Source of the DNA: Methanomassiliicoccaceae archaeon
GTDB taxonomy: Archaea > Thermoplasmatota > Thermoplasmata > Methanomassiliicoccales > Methanomassiliicoccaceae
NCBI GenBank assembly: GCA_963728405.1
Contig: CAVSJV010000017.1
Location: 64,001 to 128,000, forward strand
Length of the DNA: 64,000 bases
Reading direction: 5' to 3'
A model generated the notes under the pieces. The model had not been told where the DNA came from. It ran no database searches and saw only the letters and a list, made by a program, of their open reading frames with translations. The position numbers and the translations under genes are program-made. Positions 1-11,359 of this stretch are shown one piece after another; the stretch's first letter is position 1, and each line of letters starts with the position of its first letter.

Positions 1-36
1 CATTAATATCGTTGCATTCGTTCCGATGCCATTGAC

Positions 37-486
37 ATGCCCGATTACAAGGACGTCTGTTCAGGGTCGGGAATACTTAGCTCCGAGGACCGCGGCAAGA
101 TCATATCCCGCATCCACTCCATGCTCTTCTGGGTCGGGGAGATCATCCCTCAGGAGATCAAGATAGAGGACCGCACCGTTCAGCTGCGCGACGTGGTGTT
201 CAACTATTTGATAAAGGAGAACCCCACCAAAGAGGAAAGGAAGGACGCCGAAGTGCTGGCGGAGCTGTTGGATAAGCATGTCAAGGAGATCGAGGCGGAG
301 ATACGCAGGGGCGATGCCAACCGAGCCGATGCCTGCGAACTGATGAATGAGGCCCGTTCCTATCTTCGTGCGGTGGATGAGCTACGGACATCGAAAGGAG
401 ATGAGATGGAGATCAAGATGCATGGCCTGATCCAGAGGGTCGAGGACGCCCGCCGATGGCAACACTTCGTGGATATGGTCAAATGA
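37..486 (+). CDS. Conserved archaeal helical protein (DUF5788-like)
   Basis: 149-aa ORF with host-like codon usage; RIHSMLFWVGEIIP and ARRWQHF segments resemble the archaeal DUF5788 family (from memory). Confidence 0.55.
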   Translation: MPDYKDVCSGSGILSSEDRGKIISRIHSMLFWVGEIIPQEIKIEDRTVQLRDVVFNYLIKENPTKEERKDAEVLAELLDKHVKEIEAEIRRGDANRADACELMNEARSYLRAVDELRTSKGDEMEIKMHGLIQRVEDARRWQHFVDMVK

Positions 487-739
487 TCGCGGTCCGGCCG
501 ATGCCAGCCATCCATCAACAAATAGAGGGACCATCGACGATGACCTTTCCTTTGACATTTCGGAAAATGGACGTTCGAAGCCCGTTGCCGTTCCCGCTGT
601 TTTCTACGGTCCGGCTCGTTCCGATTGATAACTTTCGCAGAATGGACCGCCCATCGCACAAAAGGTATATTATATACCTTGATTATCATCAAAAAGCTCT
701 AGGGAAATCGTAGTATAATCAACGAAAGGAGAGGAAACC

Positions 740-1162
740 GTGATAGATTACTTGGACGAGAAGATCATCGAGATCCTCAAGAGGGACTCCCGGAGGCCCT
801 TCGTAGACATAGCCAACCAGCTGAAGGTGTCCGAAGGGACCATTCGCAGCCGGGTCCGCAAGCTGGTGGACGATAATATCATCCAGTGCTTCACCATCAA
901 GACCAGCAGCAAGAACGTCAAGGCCATCATAGAGATCAAGATCAACGTCAACGTGAACACCTCCGATGTGGCGGCCAATATCGCGCGGTTCGATGGCGTC
1001 TCCGAGGTCTTCGAGGTCACCGGCGAAGAGGACGTCGTGGCCATCATCGACGTGACCTCCTCGCCACAGCTGAACGAGATCATCGAGCGCATCCGGCGCT
1101 TCGATAACGTTCAGTCGACCAGGACCCGCCTGATCCTGAAGGAGCACTTCGGGGGACAGTAA
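740..1162 (+). CDS. Lrp/AsnC family transcriptional regulator (LysM-like), first gene of the lysine operon
   Basis: N-terminal HTH (LDEKIIEILKRDSRRPFVDIANQLKVSEGTIRSRV) plus RAM domain (FEVTGEED); TATA-like TATATTATATA at ~666-676. Confidence 0.9.
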   Translation: MIDYLDEKIIEILKRDSRRPFVDIANQLKVSEGTIRSRVRKLVDDNIIQCFTIKTSSKNVKAIIEIKINVNVNTSDVAANIARFDGVSEVFEVTGEEDVVAIIDVTSSPQLNEIIERIRRFDNVQSTRTRLILKEHFGGQ

Positions 1163-1163
1163 G

Positions 1164-2036
1164 ATGTTCTCTGGCTGCGCCACTGCCATCATCACCCCGA
1201 TGACCAGGGACGGAGGGATCGATGAGATCGGCCTGAGGGAATTGGTCAGGTTCCAAGAGGAGAACGGGATAAGGACATTGGTCCCCTGTGGCTCCACCGG
1301 GGAATCGGCCACCTTGAACCACCAGGAGCACCTCCGGGTCATCGAAGTGGTCATCGACGAGGCTAAGAGAGCAAAGGTCATCGCGGGGGCCGGTTCGAAC
1401 GCCACCAGCGAAGCGATCCACCTCAGCAAGGGAGCCCAGAACCTGGGCGCGGACGGCCTGCTGTCCATCTCCCCCTATTACAACAAGCCCACCATGGCGG
1501 GCATCATCAAGCATTATGAGGCCGTCGCCGCATCGGTGGACATACCCACCATCATCTACAATATCCCATCGCGGACCGGTTCCAATATCAACGCCGCCAC
1601 CATGCTGAAATTGGCCCTGATACCGGGCATCGGAGGGGTCAAGGAAGCGTCTGGAGATATCCACCAGATCGCGGCTATCGCCGCCCAGGCGCCCAAGGAC
1701 TTCCTGGTGCTGTCGGGCGACGATGCCATGACCGTACCGGCCATGGCGGTCGGGGCGAGAGGGGTCATATCCGTCACTTCGAACCTCATGCCTGGAACGA
1801 TGCTTTCCATGGTCAACGCCATGATGGACGGCAACGTGAACGAGGCCCGCCGGATCAACGACAGCCTGCTGCCCATGTACAGCGCCCTGTTCATCGAGAC
1901 CAACCCCATACCGGTTAAGACCGCCCTCCGTCTGATGGGGCGGCCGGCGGGACCGTTCCGCCTGCCGCTGTGCGACCTGATCCCGGCGAACCTGGATACA
2001 CTAAAGCGGACGCTTTCCGACTATAAGCTGATCTGA
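1164..2036 (+). CDS. dapA: 4-hydroxy-tetrahydrodipicolinate synthase
   Basis: GSTGE, PYYNKP, YNIPSRTG, GVKEASG and ETNPIPVK motifs. Confidence 0.97.
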   Translation: MFSGCATAIITPMTRDGGIDEIGLRELVRFQEENGIRTLVPCGSTGESATLNHQEHLRVIEVVIDEAKRAKVIAGAGSNATSEAIHLSKGAQNLGADGLLSISPYYNKPTMAGIIKHYEAVAASVDIPTIIYNIPSRTGSNINAATMLKLALIPGIGGVKEASGDIHQIAAIAAQAPKDFLVLSGDDAMTVPAMAVGARGVISVTSNLMPGTMLSMVNAMMDGNVNEARRINDSLLPMYSALFIETNPIPVKTALRLMGRPAGPFRLPLCDLIPANLDTLKRTLSDYKLI

Positions 2037-2049
2037 AAGGGTGATGTGC

Positions 2050-2829
2050 ATGATAAGGGTCGTTGTAGGTGGGGCCACTGGCAAGCTCGGTAGCATGGTC
2101 TGTGCATTGATCAGCGAACAGCCGGACATGCAACTGGTCGGTGGGATCGTGTCCGCCGGTAGCGAGAGCGTCGGCCGGCCGATCGCGCTGGGCATCAACG
2201 CCACTGGATCAGACCGCATCGCCGCGGCGGTCGAAAACGCCGACGTCTACGTGGACCTGACCTCGCCGGCAGCGGCGGAGAGGAACATTCCATCAGTGGA
2301 GCGGACGGGGCTGAACTTGGTGATCGGGACGACCGGCATATCGGCCGAGGCAATGGAGCGGCTCGCTTCCTCGGTGAAGGAGCACCTCTCCTCGGCCGTG
2401 GTCACTCCCAACTTCTCCATCGGAGTGAACGTGTTCTTCAAGACCTGTGAGAGCCTGGCCAAGGCTCTTCCCGGTTACGACGTGGAGATCGTCGAGGTGC
2501 ATCACAATCAGAAGAAGGACGCTCCCTCCGGGACGGCCAAGAAGGCCGCCGAGATCGTGGCCGAGGTTACCGACGTGGACAAGATAGTATATGGTAGGGA
2601 GGGGAAGGTCGGAGCAAGGGGGCACGAGATCGGCATCCATTCAGTACGGGCCGGGGATGTGGTGGGGGAACACACCATCATCTTCGCCGGCCGAAGAGAA
2701 AGGATCGAACTGACCCACCGGGCCCATTCCCGGGAGGCGCTCGCCGAGGGCTGCGTGATGGCCATCCGGTGGATCGCCGACAGAAAGGACGGCCAGATAC
2801 ACTCAATGGACGAGGTGCTGGGATTATGA
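2050..2829 (+). CDS. dapB: 4-hydroxy-tetrahydrodipicolinate reductase
   Basis: GATGKLG Rossmann motif, IGTTG, EVHHNQKKDAPSGTA. Confidence 0.97.
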   Translation: MIRVVVGGATGKLGSMVCALISEQPDMQLVGGIVSAGSESVGRPIALGINATGSDRIAAAVENADVYVDLTSPAAAERNIPSVERTGLNLVIGTTGISAEAMERLASSVKEHLSSAVVTPNFSIGVNVFFKTCESLAKALPGYDVEIVEVHHNQKKDAPSGTAKKAAEIVAEVTDVDKIVYGREGKVGARGHEIGIHSVRAGDVVGEHTIIFAGRRERIELTHRAHSREALAEGCVMAIRWIADRKDGQIHSMDEVLGL

Positions 2830-4183
2830 TCAAGGTCATGAAGTTCGGAGGCACTAGCGTAGGGAGCGTAGACGCCATGGAGCGGACCGCTTCGGTCATC
2901 CTGAGAGAAGAGGCCCAGAAGGTCGTGGTGGTATCGGCGATGTCCGGGGTCACCAACACTCTTATCGCTTGCATAAGGGACGGGCCGCCCATCGAGGAGT
3001 TCGTGACACAGCTCAGGAACAAACACCTGTCCTGCGCCAAGATCATCATGCCATCCGACATCTTTAATGAGTATTGCGTGACCCTGGACGAGAGCGTGGA
3101 CGGTTTGCGCAAAGCGCTGGAGGCGCGTAAGAACTGTCGATTGCGACCCCGTTCTGGACGATACTATCTCCTCTTGGGGAGAGCGGCTTTCGTCGATCAC
3201 CATGGCCCATATCCTCCGGGCCAAGGGGGCGGAGGGCATCCCCCTCACTTCGGAGCGATCGGGCATCGTGGCAGAGGGAGCGCCCGGCAACGGTTCGGCC
3301 AATCTCGACGCCACCCATCACAACCTCAAATGCACCGTCCGTCCCCTTCTAGAGAAAGGTATGGTCCCGGTGCTCACCGGCTACTACGGCTGCGGCGCGG
3401 ACGGACGGCCGCTGACGTTCGGCCGGGGCGGTTCCGATTACTCCGGCAGTGTGGTGGCCTATGGCATCGATGCCAACTGCTGCGAGATCTGGACCGATGT
3501 CAACGGTTTCATGACCGCTGATCCCCGGGCGGTGCCGGGGGCCAGGTGCATCGACGAGATGGACTACAATGAAGCGGCCGAGTTGGCGTACTTCGGAGCG
3601 AAGGTGCTGCATCCTCGCACGATAGAACCAGTTCGACGGAAGGGCATCCCGCTGATGGTGAAGAACACCTTCAATCCCGAGGCCAAGGGCACGCTGATCC
3701 GGGCACAGAAGAGCAACGGTGGGGACATCTTGAGATCGGTGGCGGTCAAGTGCGACCTGTCCATCGTCAAGGTCTATTCCTCGGAGCTGGTGTATCAGCC
3801 CAGCCTGATCTCCAGGCTGGTCGGCTCCATCTCTGACGCGGCGGTGAACACCTACGCAGTGTCAACGTCATTATCCACAGTTGGCGGTGGTGATACCGAC
3901 GCCAGCGGTCGACAAGGTCCTGAAGAAGATCGATTCGCTGAACGAGCAACAGGTGGAGAAACTTAAAGTTAAAGGCAACGTCTCGCTCATCTGCTGCGTC
4001 GGCGATAACATGATCAACATGCCCGGTGTCGCGGCCAAGGTGTTCGCCACGGTGGCCGAGATGGGCGCCAATATTGAGATGATCTCCGAAGGAGCATCGG
4101 ACGTGGCGCTTAACTTCGTGGTCCCCAGTGACAAGGCCCTGGACGTGGTCAGGAGCATTCACGGTACGTTCATAGGTGGTTGA
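2826..4183 (+). CDS. lysC: Aspartate kinase with ACT domains (split by two frameshifts, ~3150 and ~3880)
   Basis: MKFGGTSVG, VVVSAMSGVT, GRGGSDYS, IWTDVNG and YFGAKVLHP spread over three frames. Confidence 0.93.
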
Positions 4184-4184
4184 A

Positions 4185-5444
4185 ATGAGAAAGTTCGAGA
4201 GCGTGGATGGGCAGATGCTCATCGGTGGGGTGAAGGCGACCGACATCGTTAGCAAGTACGGCACGCCGGTCTACGTGACCGACGAGGATGCCGTCCGCCG
4301 CAACTATCGGGCGATCTACAACGCCTTTGCCAAGCACATGCCGACCAGGATCAACTACGCCTGCAAGGCCAACACGAACCTGGCGATCCTGAGGATACTA
4401 GAGCAGGAGGGCAGCTGCATCGATGCCGTTTCCATTGGGGAGGTCGATGCCTGTCTGCGTGCTGGCTTCTCCCCCGACCGCATCCTGTATACCGGCGTTA
4501 ACGTACTCCACCCCCGAGCTGAAGGCAGTGGCGATGCGTAAAGTGCCGATCAATATCGACTCGTTCTCCGAGATGAGGCGCCTGGCGCTCATCACTACCG
4601 ATCTCCCCATATCCTTCCGGGTGAACCCTGAGGTGGGGGCGGGCCACCATGAGAAGGTGGTCACCGGTGCCCGGTCCACCAAGTTCGGCATTCCCAAGGG
4701 TCAGATCATCGATGCATACTCCGAGGCGATGCAGCTGGGCTTCAGACCGGTAGGTCTGCACTGCCACATCGGCGCGGGGGTACAGGTCGTCGACCCTTTC
4801 GTACAGGGAACCGAAGTGCTCGTATCCATCGTCCAGCGACTGGAGAAAGAGCTCAAGTTGAACCTGCGGTTCATCGATATCGGCGGGGGCATCGGCATAC
4901 CCTACCATGTCGAGGACCAGCCCATGGACCTCGACCTGCTGGCCAAGGAGATAACCACTCGCATAAAGGAGGGGACGAAGGTCAAGCAGATCATTCTGGA
5001 GCCTGGTCGGTACATCATCGCCGACACCACCGTCCTGCTGACCTCGGTAGTGGACATCAAGGAGACGCCGGACAAGCGCTTCGCCGGCGTGGACGCGGGC
5101 TTCAACACCCTGGTCCGCCCGGCGTTCTACGGTTCGTTCCATCATGTCGCCGTGGCCAACAAGTTCGGAAGAGATGGCGAGCTGATGTACGATGTGGTCG
5201 GGCCCATCTGCGAGTCCGGAGACTACCTGGCCAAGGAACGGATGCTCCCGAAATTAGAGGAAGGCGATGTCATCGCGGTGTATGATGCGGGAGCGTACGG
5301 TTTCACCATGAGCTCCAACTACAACATGCGCCCACTGTCCCGGGAGGTCCTGGTGCACAACGGCGTCACCAACCTGATCAGGGAACGGAGAGCATCGAGG
5401 ACCTCCTGCAGAACCAGCGCATACCGTCGAGGCTGATGCTGTGA
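4185..5444 (+). CDS. lysA: Diaminopimelate decarboxylase (frameshifts ~4505 and ~5390)
   Basis: YACKAN PLP lysine, HCHIG, DIGGG, EPGRY, GPICESGD, GAYG..MSSNYN. Confidence 0.95.
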
Positions 5445-6272
5445 TCTTCTGGAAGTACCATGGTCTGGGGAACGACTTTATCCTGTTCGAGGACCTGGAA
5501 GAGAAAGCGCCTACCGATCCAGAGATCGTCAGGAAGTTGTGCGACCGCCGGTTCGGCATCGGCGGGGACGGCATCCTGTACGTCCGCCTGGATGCCGATG
5601 CCGATGCCTTCATGAAGGTCATGAACTCCGACGGCAGCGAGGCGGAGATGTGCGGCAACGGCATACGCTGCGTGGCCAAGCACCTGTACGATTTCGCCAT
5701 CGCTCCGTCCGAGCGGATGCGCATCAACACCCTGGGCGGGATCAAGGAGATCGAGGTCAAGGTCGTGGAGGGAGAAGTGACCGAGGCCTCGGTGGACATG
5801 GGCGCACCCCGCCTGGACTGCCAGGACGATCCCCATGCGGTGCGAGGGACGGTTCGTGGACGGCACCCTGGATATTAATGGCGTCAAGATCGTGGGAACG
5901 GCGGTCAGCATGGGCAATCCCCATTTCATCACCTTCCAGGAGCTTAGCGATGAGCAGGTCAGGGACCTCGGTCCGCGGATCGAGGTGCATCCCCTGTTCC
6001 CCCGCAAGACCAACGTGGAGTTCGTCCGTCCCGTGGACGGGCGGCTGGACGTGAAGGTGTTCGAGCGGGGAGCGGGGTGGACCTATGCCTGCGGGACCGG
6101 GGCCTGTGCCACCGCAGTGGCGGCCGGCCTCAAGGGCATCGCCCCGCCGGGGCACGATGTGAAGGTCAGACTTCCGGGAGGGGACCTGACCATCAATGTT
6201 AAGAGGGACCTTTCCATGGTCCGGATGACCGGTCCCGCCACCAGGGTGTTCCAGGGCGAGATCGAGTGGTAG
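5441..6272 (+). CDS. dapF: Diaminopimelate epimerase (frameshift ~5825)
   Basis: KYHGLGNDF, EMCGNG, SMGNPH, ERGAGWTYACGTG. Confidence 0.95.
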
Positions 6273-6285
6273 AGTGGTGAATATC

Positions 6286-7439
6286 ATGGCTTACGAGTTC
6301 GCGGATCGTTTGAAGAACATTCCGCCCTATCTGTTCGCGGAGATCGAGGAGAAGGTCAACGAGAAGAGGGCGATGGGCCTGGACATCATCGACTTTGGCA
6401 TCGGGGGTACCTGACGTACCCACCCCCCAGCCTATCGTCGAGGAGATCAAAAAGCAGCTGGAAGACCCGGAGAACCACCGTTATCCGTCCTCAGGCGGAG
6501 AGCGGGACACCAGGGTCGCCATCGCTGAATGGTACTCCAAGCGCTTCGGTGTGGAGCTCAACCCGGACCGCGAAGTGGCGGTGCTGCTGGGAAGCAAGGA
6601 GGGACTGGCCAATATCGCCCGGGCCTTCGTGAACCCCGGCGACAAGGTGCTGTGCCCGGACCCCGCCTACCCGGTCTACGCCCAGGGCGCGACCCTGCTG
6701 TGCGACGCTCGGCCGGTCAAGGTCCCGCTGTACGACGAGGACGATTTCCTGCTGGACCTCGACGAATGCCCCGAGGACGCCAAGATGCTGTTCCTCAACT
6801 ACCCGAACAATCCGACCGGGGCGGTGGCCAGCGGCGCTTACCTGAAGAAAGCGCTCAAATGGTGCAACGATACCGAGACCATCCTGTGCTATGACAACGC
6901 CTACTCGGAGATGACCTTTGATGATTACATTGCGCCATCGATCCTCGAGTACGGCCGGCAGGCCATCGAGTTCGGTTCGCTGTCCAAGACGTTCAACATG
7001 ACCGGCTATCGTCTCGGCTACGCCGTGGGGGACGCTAACCTCATCGCGGGGCTTAAGAAGGTCAAGTCCCAGATCGATTCGGGCGCCCCCAAGTTCATCC
7101 AGAAGGCTGCGGTGACCGCACTCGGCGAGTACCAAGGACGCACCCGGCCCAAGATGGTGCAGGATGAACGTGGATATCTACCAAGAGCGTAGGGACATCA
7201 TGGTCGGCGGCCTCCGGAAGCTGGGCTTCGACATCAAGCTCCCCAAGGGGACGTTCTACCTGTTCTTCAATGTCGACGGCAACAGCATGGACTTCGCCGC
7301 ACGACTACTGGACGTGGGCGTCGTGGTCACTCCGGGCATCGGGTTCGGCTCCAACGGAGAGAACTTCGTCCGGATGGCCCTCACCCAGCCGACCGCGAGG
7401 ATCGAGGAAGCGCTGGAAAGGATGCGCAAGGCGTTGTAA
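6286..7439 (+). CDS. dapL: LL-diaminopimelate aminotransferase (frameshifts ~6405 and ~7160)
   Basis: PPYLFAEI, NYPNNPTG, DNAYSE, SLSKTFNMTGYR; last gene of the DAP operon. Confidence 0.88.
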
Positions 7440-7474
7440 GCCTTCTCCCCAAAGGCATCGGGTCGGGAACGCCC

Positions 7475-8734
7475 TCAGGCCGGCGGGGCTGGCTTCAGCG
7501 AGGGCATCGCGCTGTTGGCGCACTTGCACGACTTCAGCGCCTCGACCGCCGGCAACGGCTTCCCGAGGATGAAGGACTCCAGTGCGCCCCCCGCTGTGCT
7601 GACGTAGGAGAACTTTTCGGCCAGCCCGAACTTCTCGGCTGCGCCCACGGTGTGACCGCCTCCGATCAGGGTGAACGCCTTGGAGTGGACCATGGCGTTC
7701 ATCAGCTCCCGGGTCCCCAGACCGAACTGCTCCTTCTCGATCAGACCGGCGGGACCGGACATAAAGATGGTCTTGGCCGGTCCGAGCACCTTGGCGAACT
7801 TGGCGGCGGAGAACTTGCCGATATCGAAGATGGGGACATCGATGGGGAGGTCCCCGACCATCATGTCGCGCCTCTGGCCATTGATCTCCACCGCCACATC
7901 GAAGGGAAGCAGGATGCGGTCGCCCCGCTCCTTGAACAGCTTCTTGGCCGCCTCCAGTGTCTCGGGGGTCAGTTCGCTCTCCAGTATCTTAGTGGAGGGG
8001 TCCCCGAGCTTCACTCCACGGGCGGTCAGGAAGGCGTTGGCGCTCAGTCCGACCAGGATGACCCAGTCGGCCGTTCCGCTCTTGAGCACCCGTTCGATCA
8101 CCTTGATGGAATCGCCGAACTTAGCTCCGCCCAGGATGAAGACGGAAGGGTGCGCGGGATCGTCGAAGACCGACTGCAGGGCGGTCAGCTCCTTCTCCAT
8201 CAGGCGGCCCACCGCCGACGGCAGCACCTTGGGGAAACCCACCAGGGAGCACTGGGAGCGATGAGCAGTGGCGAAGGCGTCGTTCACGTAGAAGTCGGCC
8301 AGGGGGGCGAGGAAGGTGACCAGCTCGCATCTGGCATGCTCATCCATGCTCTTCTTCTCCAGCTCGTAGGGAAGCTCCCGTTAGTTTCTTCAGTAGGATG
8401 GCATTGCCCGGGGTGAGCCCTTGATCTCGCTGGCCACGGTCTCGCCGACGATGTCGTCAACGTACTTGACCTGCTTGCCCAGATACTTGGACAGGTGCTC
8501 GGCATGCTTGTCGAGGCGGCAGAAGTCCCAGTCGCCTGGTCGGCCCTGATGCGCCAGAATAACGACCTTGGCGCTCTTATCCAGCAGCTCCCGAACGGTG
8601 GGAATTATCTGCCGGATGCGGTTGTCGTCCTCGATCTCCAAGGTCTCCTGGGCCAGAGGACAGTTGATGTCGACCCTCAGAAGGACGGTCTTGTTCTCGA
8701 AGTTAAAATCGTCAAGCGTGTTGAACTCCTTCAT
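7475..8734 (-). CDS. pgk: Phosphoglycerate kinase (frameshifted ~8350-8420)
   Basis: LLRVDIN, AHQGRPG, YVNDAFATAHR, GGAK, GGGH, STAGGA. Confidence 0.95.
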
Positions 8735-8861
8735 TTGGTCCCGGCTCCAACAGATCAGGCTGTATTACCACGATGTTGCATGCTCAAAATAACCCTTCCG
8801 CTTCCCGCGACCACAGCGACATGGGCATTCTTTATGCTCCGGTCCCCCATCCCCGGGTAGG

Positions 8862-9603
8862 ATGAGGATGATGCCCTGCCGTCATCGGCTGGTTCCAGAG
8901 AGCGAGAGCTACTGCTGGCTGGAGACCTTTCGAAGAACGGAGGATGGGGCCTCGCTGGTGTTCCAGGGGGAGGGTGAAGGCCGCCCGGTCAAATGCACTG
9001 CCCCGTTGGCCGCGGCATGCCCGTTCCGAGAATGGATCGGGCGTACGGAGAAGGCGCAAATGGTCTCTTGCTCCCACTGCCGCCGCCGTCATCTTGAGGG
9101 TATCGAACTCGCAGATGCTGTGCGAGGCCTGGAGCTCTACCAAGGACATCCTGGCGCAGTTGCGGAAAGAGTTGCCGGAAGGGCACCGATTCTACGATGA
9201 GGGGACGACCCTCCCGCCGTATGACGAGAACACATGGCCCCTCATCAGGCGGCTGGTGTGGCAGCGGCTAAAGAACACCGTTCTGCGCAGGGACCGATAT
9301 AGATGCCAGGACTGCGAGGTGGAGTTCGGGGCGCGTCGTCGGAAGATCTTCGACCGCCGGTTACGGAAGGGAAAGGGCGGGTACCGGTGGGAGTCCCTGG
9401 AGGTCCATCACATCATCGCGCGATCAAGGGGGGGCTCCGACCACCCTGGGAACCTGAAGACGTTATGTCCGGCATGCCATCGCAGCTACACCTCAGAGCA
9501 GGCCGTGACGCGCTTGGCGGAGACAAGGCAAAGAAGAGAGGCCCTGAGGTCGCTGGAAGAGGGCGGCCATGGCGATGAGGTCATCGAGGATCCCCGGGAC
9601 TAG
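8862..9603 (+). CDS. HNH endonuclease with Cys-rich N-terminus (probable frameshift ~9100)
   Basis: RDRYRCQDC...LEVHHIIARSRGGSDHPGNLKTLCPACH; the upstream frame has several Cys including CSHC. Confidence 0.8.
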
Positions 9604-9793
9604 GTTTGGGGCTTCGACACCCCGTTTTTCCAACGGATACTTCGGATTTCGCTTGTAATGGCCTCGGAAAATCCTATGTGAAGTCGCGTCTCGAATAACC
9701 TATATATTCAGAGGGATTAGGGGCAGAATATACAGAAGCGTATGAAGGTCGGAGCTAGAGTCGTCGACCTTCATCCGGGGATGGGCGAACCGA

Positions 9794-10873
9794 TTGTCTG
9801 AAGTGGGCACTACTGCGTGGATAATTTTCATCATCAGCATCTTTGCCTTGCTGGCAATTGATCTTGGGGTCTTCAATCGGAAGGCCCATGTGATCAAGCC
9901 GAGGGAGGCTTTGTTGCAGGTCGCCTTCTTCGTTTCCGCCGGCGTAATATTCAATCTTGGAATATACTTCTGGATAGGCTCTCAGGCAGGGCTGGAGTTC
10001 ACCACCGGCTACATAATGGAGCTGATGCTGAGCGTCGACAATCTGTTCGTCTTCGTTCTGGTCTTCGCCTCCTTCTGCGTGCCGGCAAAGGACCAGCACA
10101 AGATCCTGTTCTTCGGCATCCTGGGCGCCCTCGTATTCAGGATGGCGTTCATCTTCGCTGGGGTCGCCCTAGTGGAATCGTTCGAGTGGGTCCTCTATAT
10201 CTTCGGAGCCTTCCTGATATTCACCGGCATAAAGATGGGCCTTGACAAGGGCGAGGAGACCGTTCACCCCGACCAGAACATCATGGTCCGGTTCTTCCGT
10301 AAGTTCATGAGGATCACCAGCGGCTACGAGGGGGACAAGTTCTTCGTCCGGAAGAAGGACGAACGCGGCAAGCTGCTCCTGTGGGGCACGCCCATGCTCA
10401 TCGCCCTCATCGTGGTGGAGACCACCGACATCATGTTCGCCGTGGACTCCATCCCCGCCATCCTGGGCATCACCACCAACGCATTCATCGTGTTCAGCTC
10501 CAATGCCTTCGCCATCCTCGGCCTGAGGTCGATGTACTTCGCGCTGGCCCACATCATGAACGCGTTCTGCTACCTGAAGTACGGGCTGGCCGGCATCCTA
10601 TCCTTCGTCGGCGCAAAGATGCTGGTCGCCTACTTCGGCATCCACATCGACGTGCTCACGTCGCTGCTGGCCATCGTCGTCATACTGGGCATCGCGATCG
10701 TCGCCTCGCTGATCAAGAACCGGCGCAGCGGCAACACTCCAGGCAAAGAGGAGAAGGCCAAGGAAAGTCCCCTCCTCAGGGAGCTGGAAGGATCCGGGAC
10801 GGCCACCGGCAACGGAGAGGCCTGCCCGGCCCTGAAGGATATCAGGCACACCGAGGAGAAGTACAACAAGTAA
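9794..10873 (+). CDS. TerC/Alx family membrane protein (Mn2+/metal export)
   Basis: LSVDNLFVF, GILGALVFR, ETTDIMFAVDSIPA, SNAFAILGLRSMYF. Confidence 0.93.
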   Translation: MSEVGTTAWIIFIISIFALLAIDLGVFNRKAHVIKPREALLQVAFFVSAGVIFNLGIYFWIGSQAGLEFTTGYIMELMLSVDNLFVFVLVFASFCVPAKDQHKILFFGILGALVFRMAFIFAGVALVESFEWVLYIFGAFLIFTGIKMGLDKGEETVHPDQNIMVRFFRKFMRITSGYEGDKFFVRKKDERGKLLLWGTPMLIALIVVETTDIMFAVDSIPAILGITTNAFIVFSSNAFAILGLRSMYFALAHIMNAFCYLKYGLAGILSFVGAKMLVAYFGIHIDVLTSLLAIVVILGIAIVASLIKNRRSGNTPGKEEKAKESPLLRELEGSGTATGNGEACPALKDIRHTEEKYNK

Positions 10874-10885
10874 GGAAAGGCGCCC

Positions 10886-10912
10886 TCGAGGGTGGACCTT
10901 GTCCACCTCGAG
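10886..10912 (+). terminator. Hairpin right after the terC stop codon
   Basis: CTCGAG(G)GTGGAC-CTT-GTCCACCTCGAG inverted repeat. Confidence 0.4.
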
Positions 10913-11359
10913 TACATCAATTGGCGCCTGGACCTGCCTAAGTGCGTGGAGCTGCTGCGGGCGGCTCTAGCATTGGTATTGCCCCGTTGTTCGACGCCCT
11001 GCTCTACCTGGAGCTCATCATCCTGGTCGTGTCGACCGCATGATCGTCAATCAGGCATATGCCGTAATAAGAATCGATCACCTGATTCGTCTGAATTTGG
11101 CAATTGATGTATCTAGACGGGGACCGTCCACGGTGGCCGGACGTTCGAGGATACCTCCAGTGATGCTACCGTTGAGACGGTCAAGGACACCGATGTAAAG
11201 GCGACCATCACGCTAGCTAACGCTAGATCTCTTGAACGTGATCCAGCCGATCCGAACGTCGACCCTTCTTCTCCCGAAGAACAGCTTATGGTGTAAAATA
11301 TTTACAATTACCTATGAAAGTAGACGATTAGGGACAAAAATGGAAGATCGTAAAGGGTT

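Noticed and set aside
10915-11300. Intergenic stretch with gene-like fragments
   Set aside because: Short broken frames with no recognisable family; cannot support a call.
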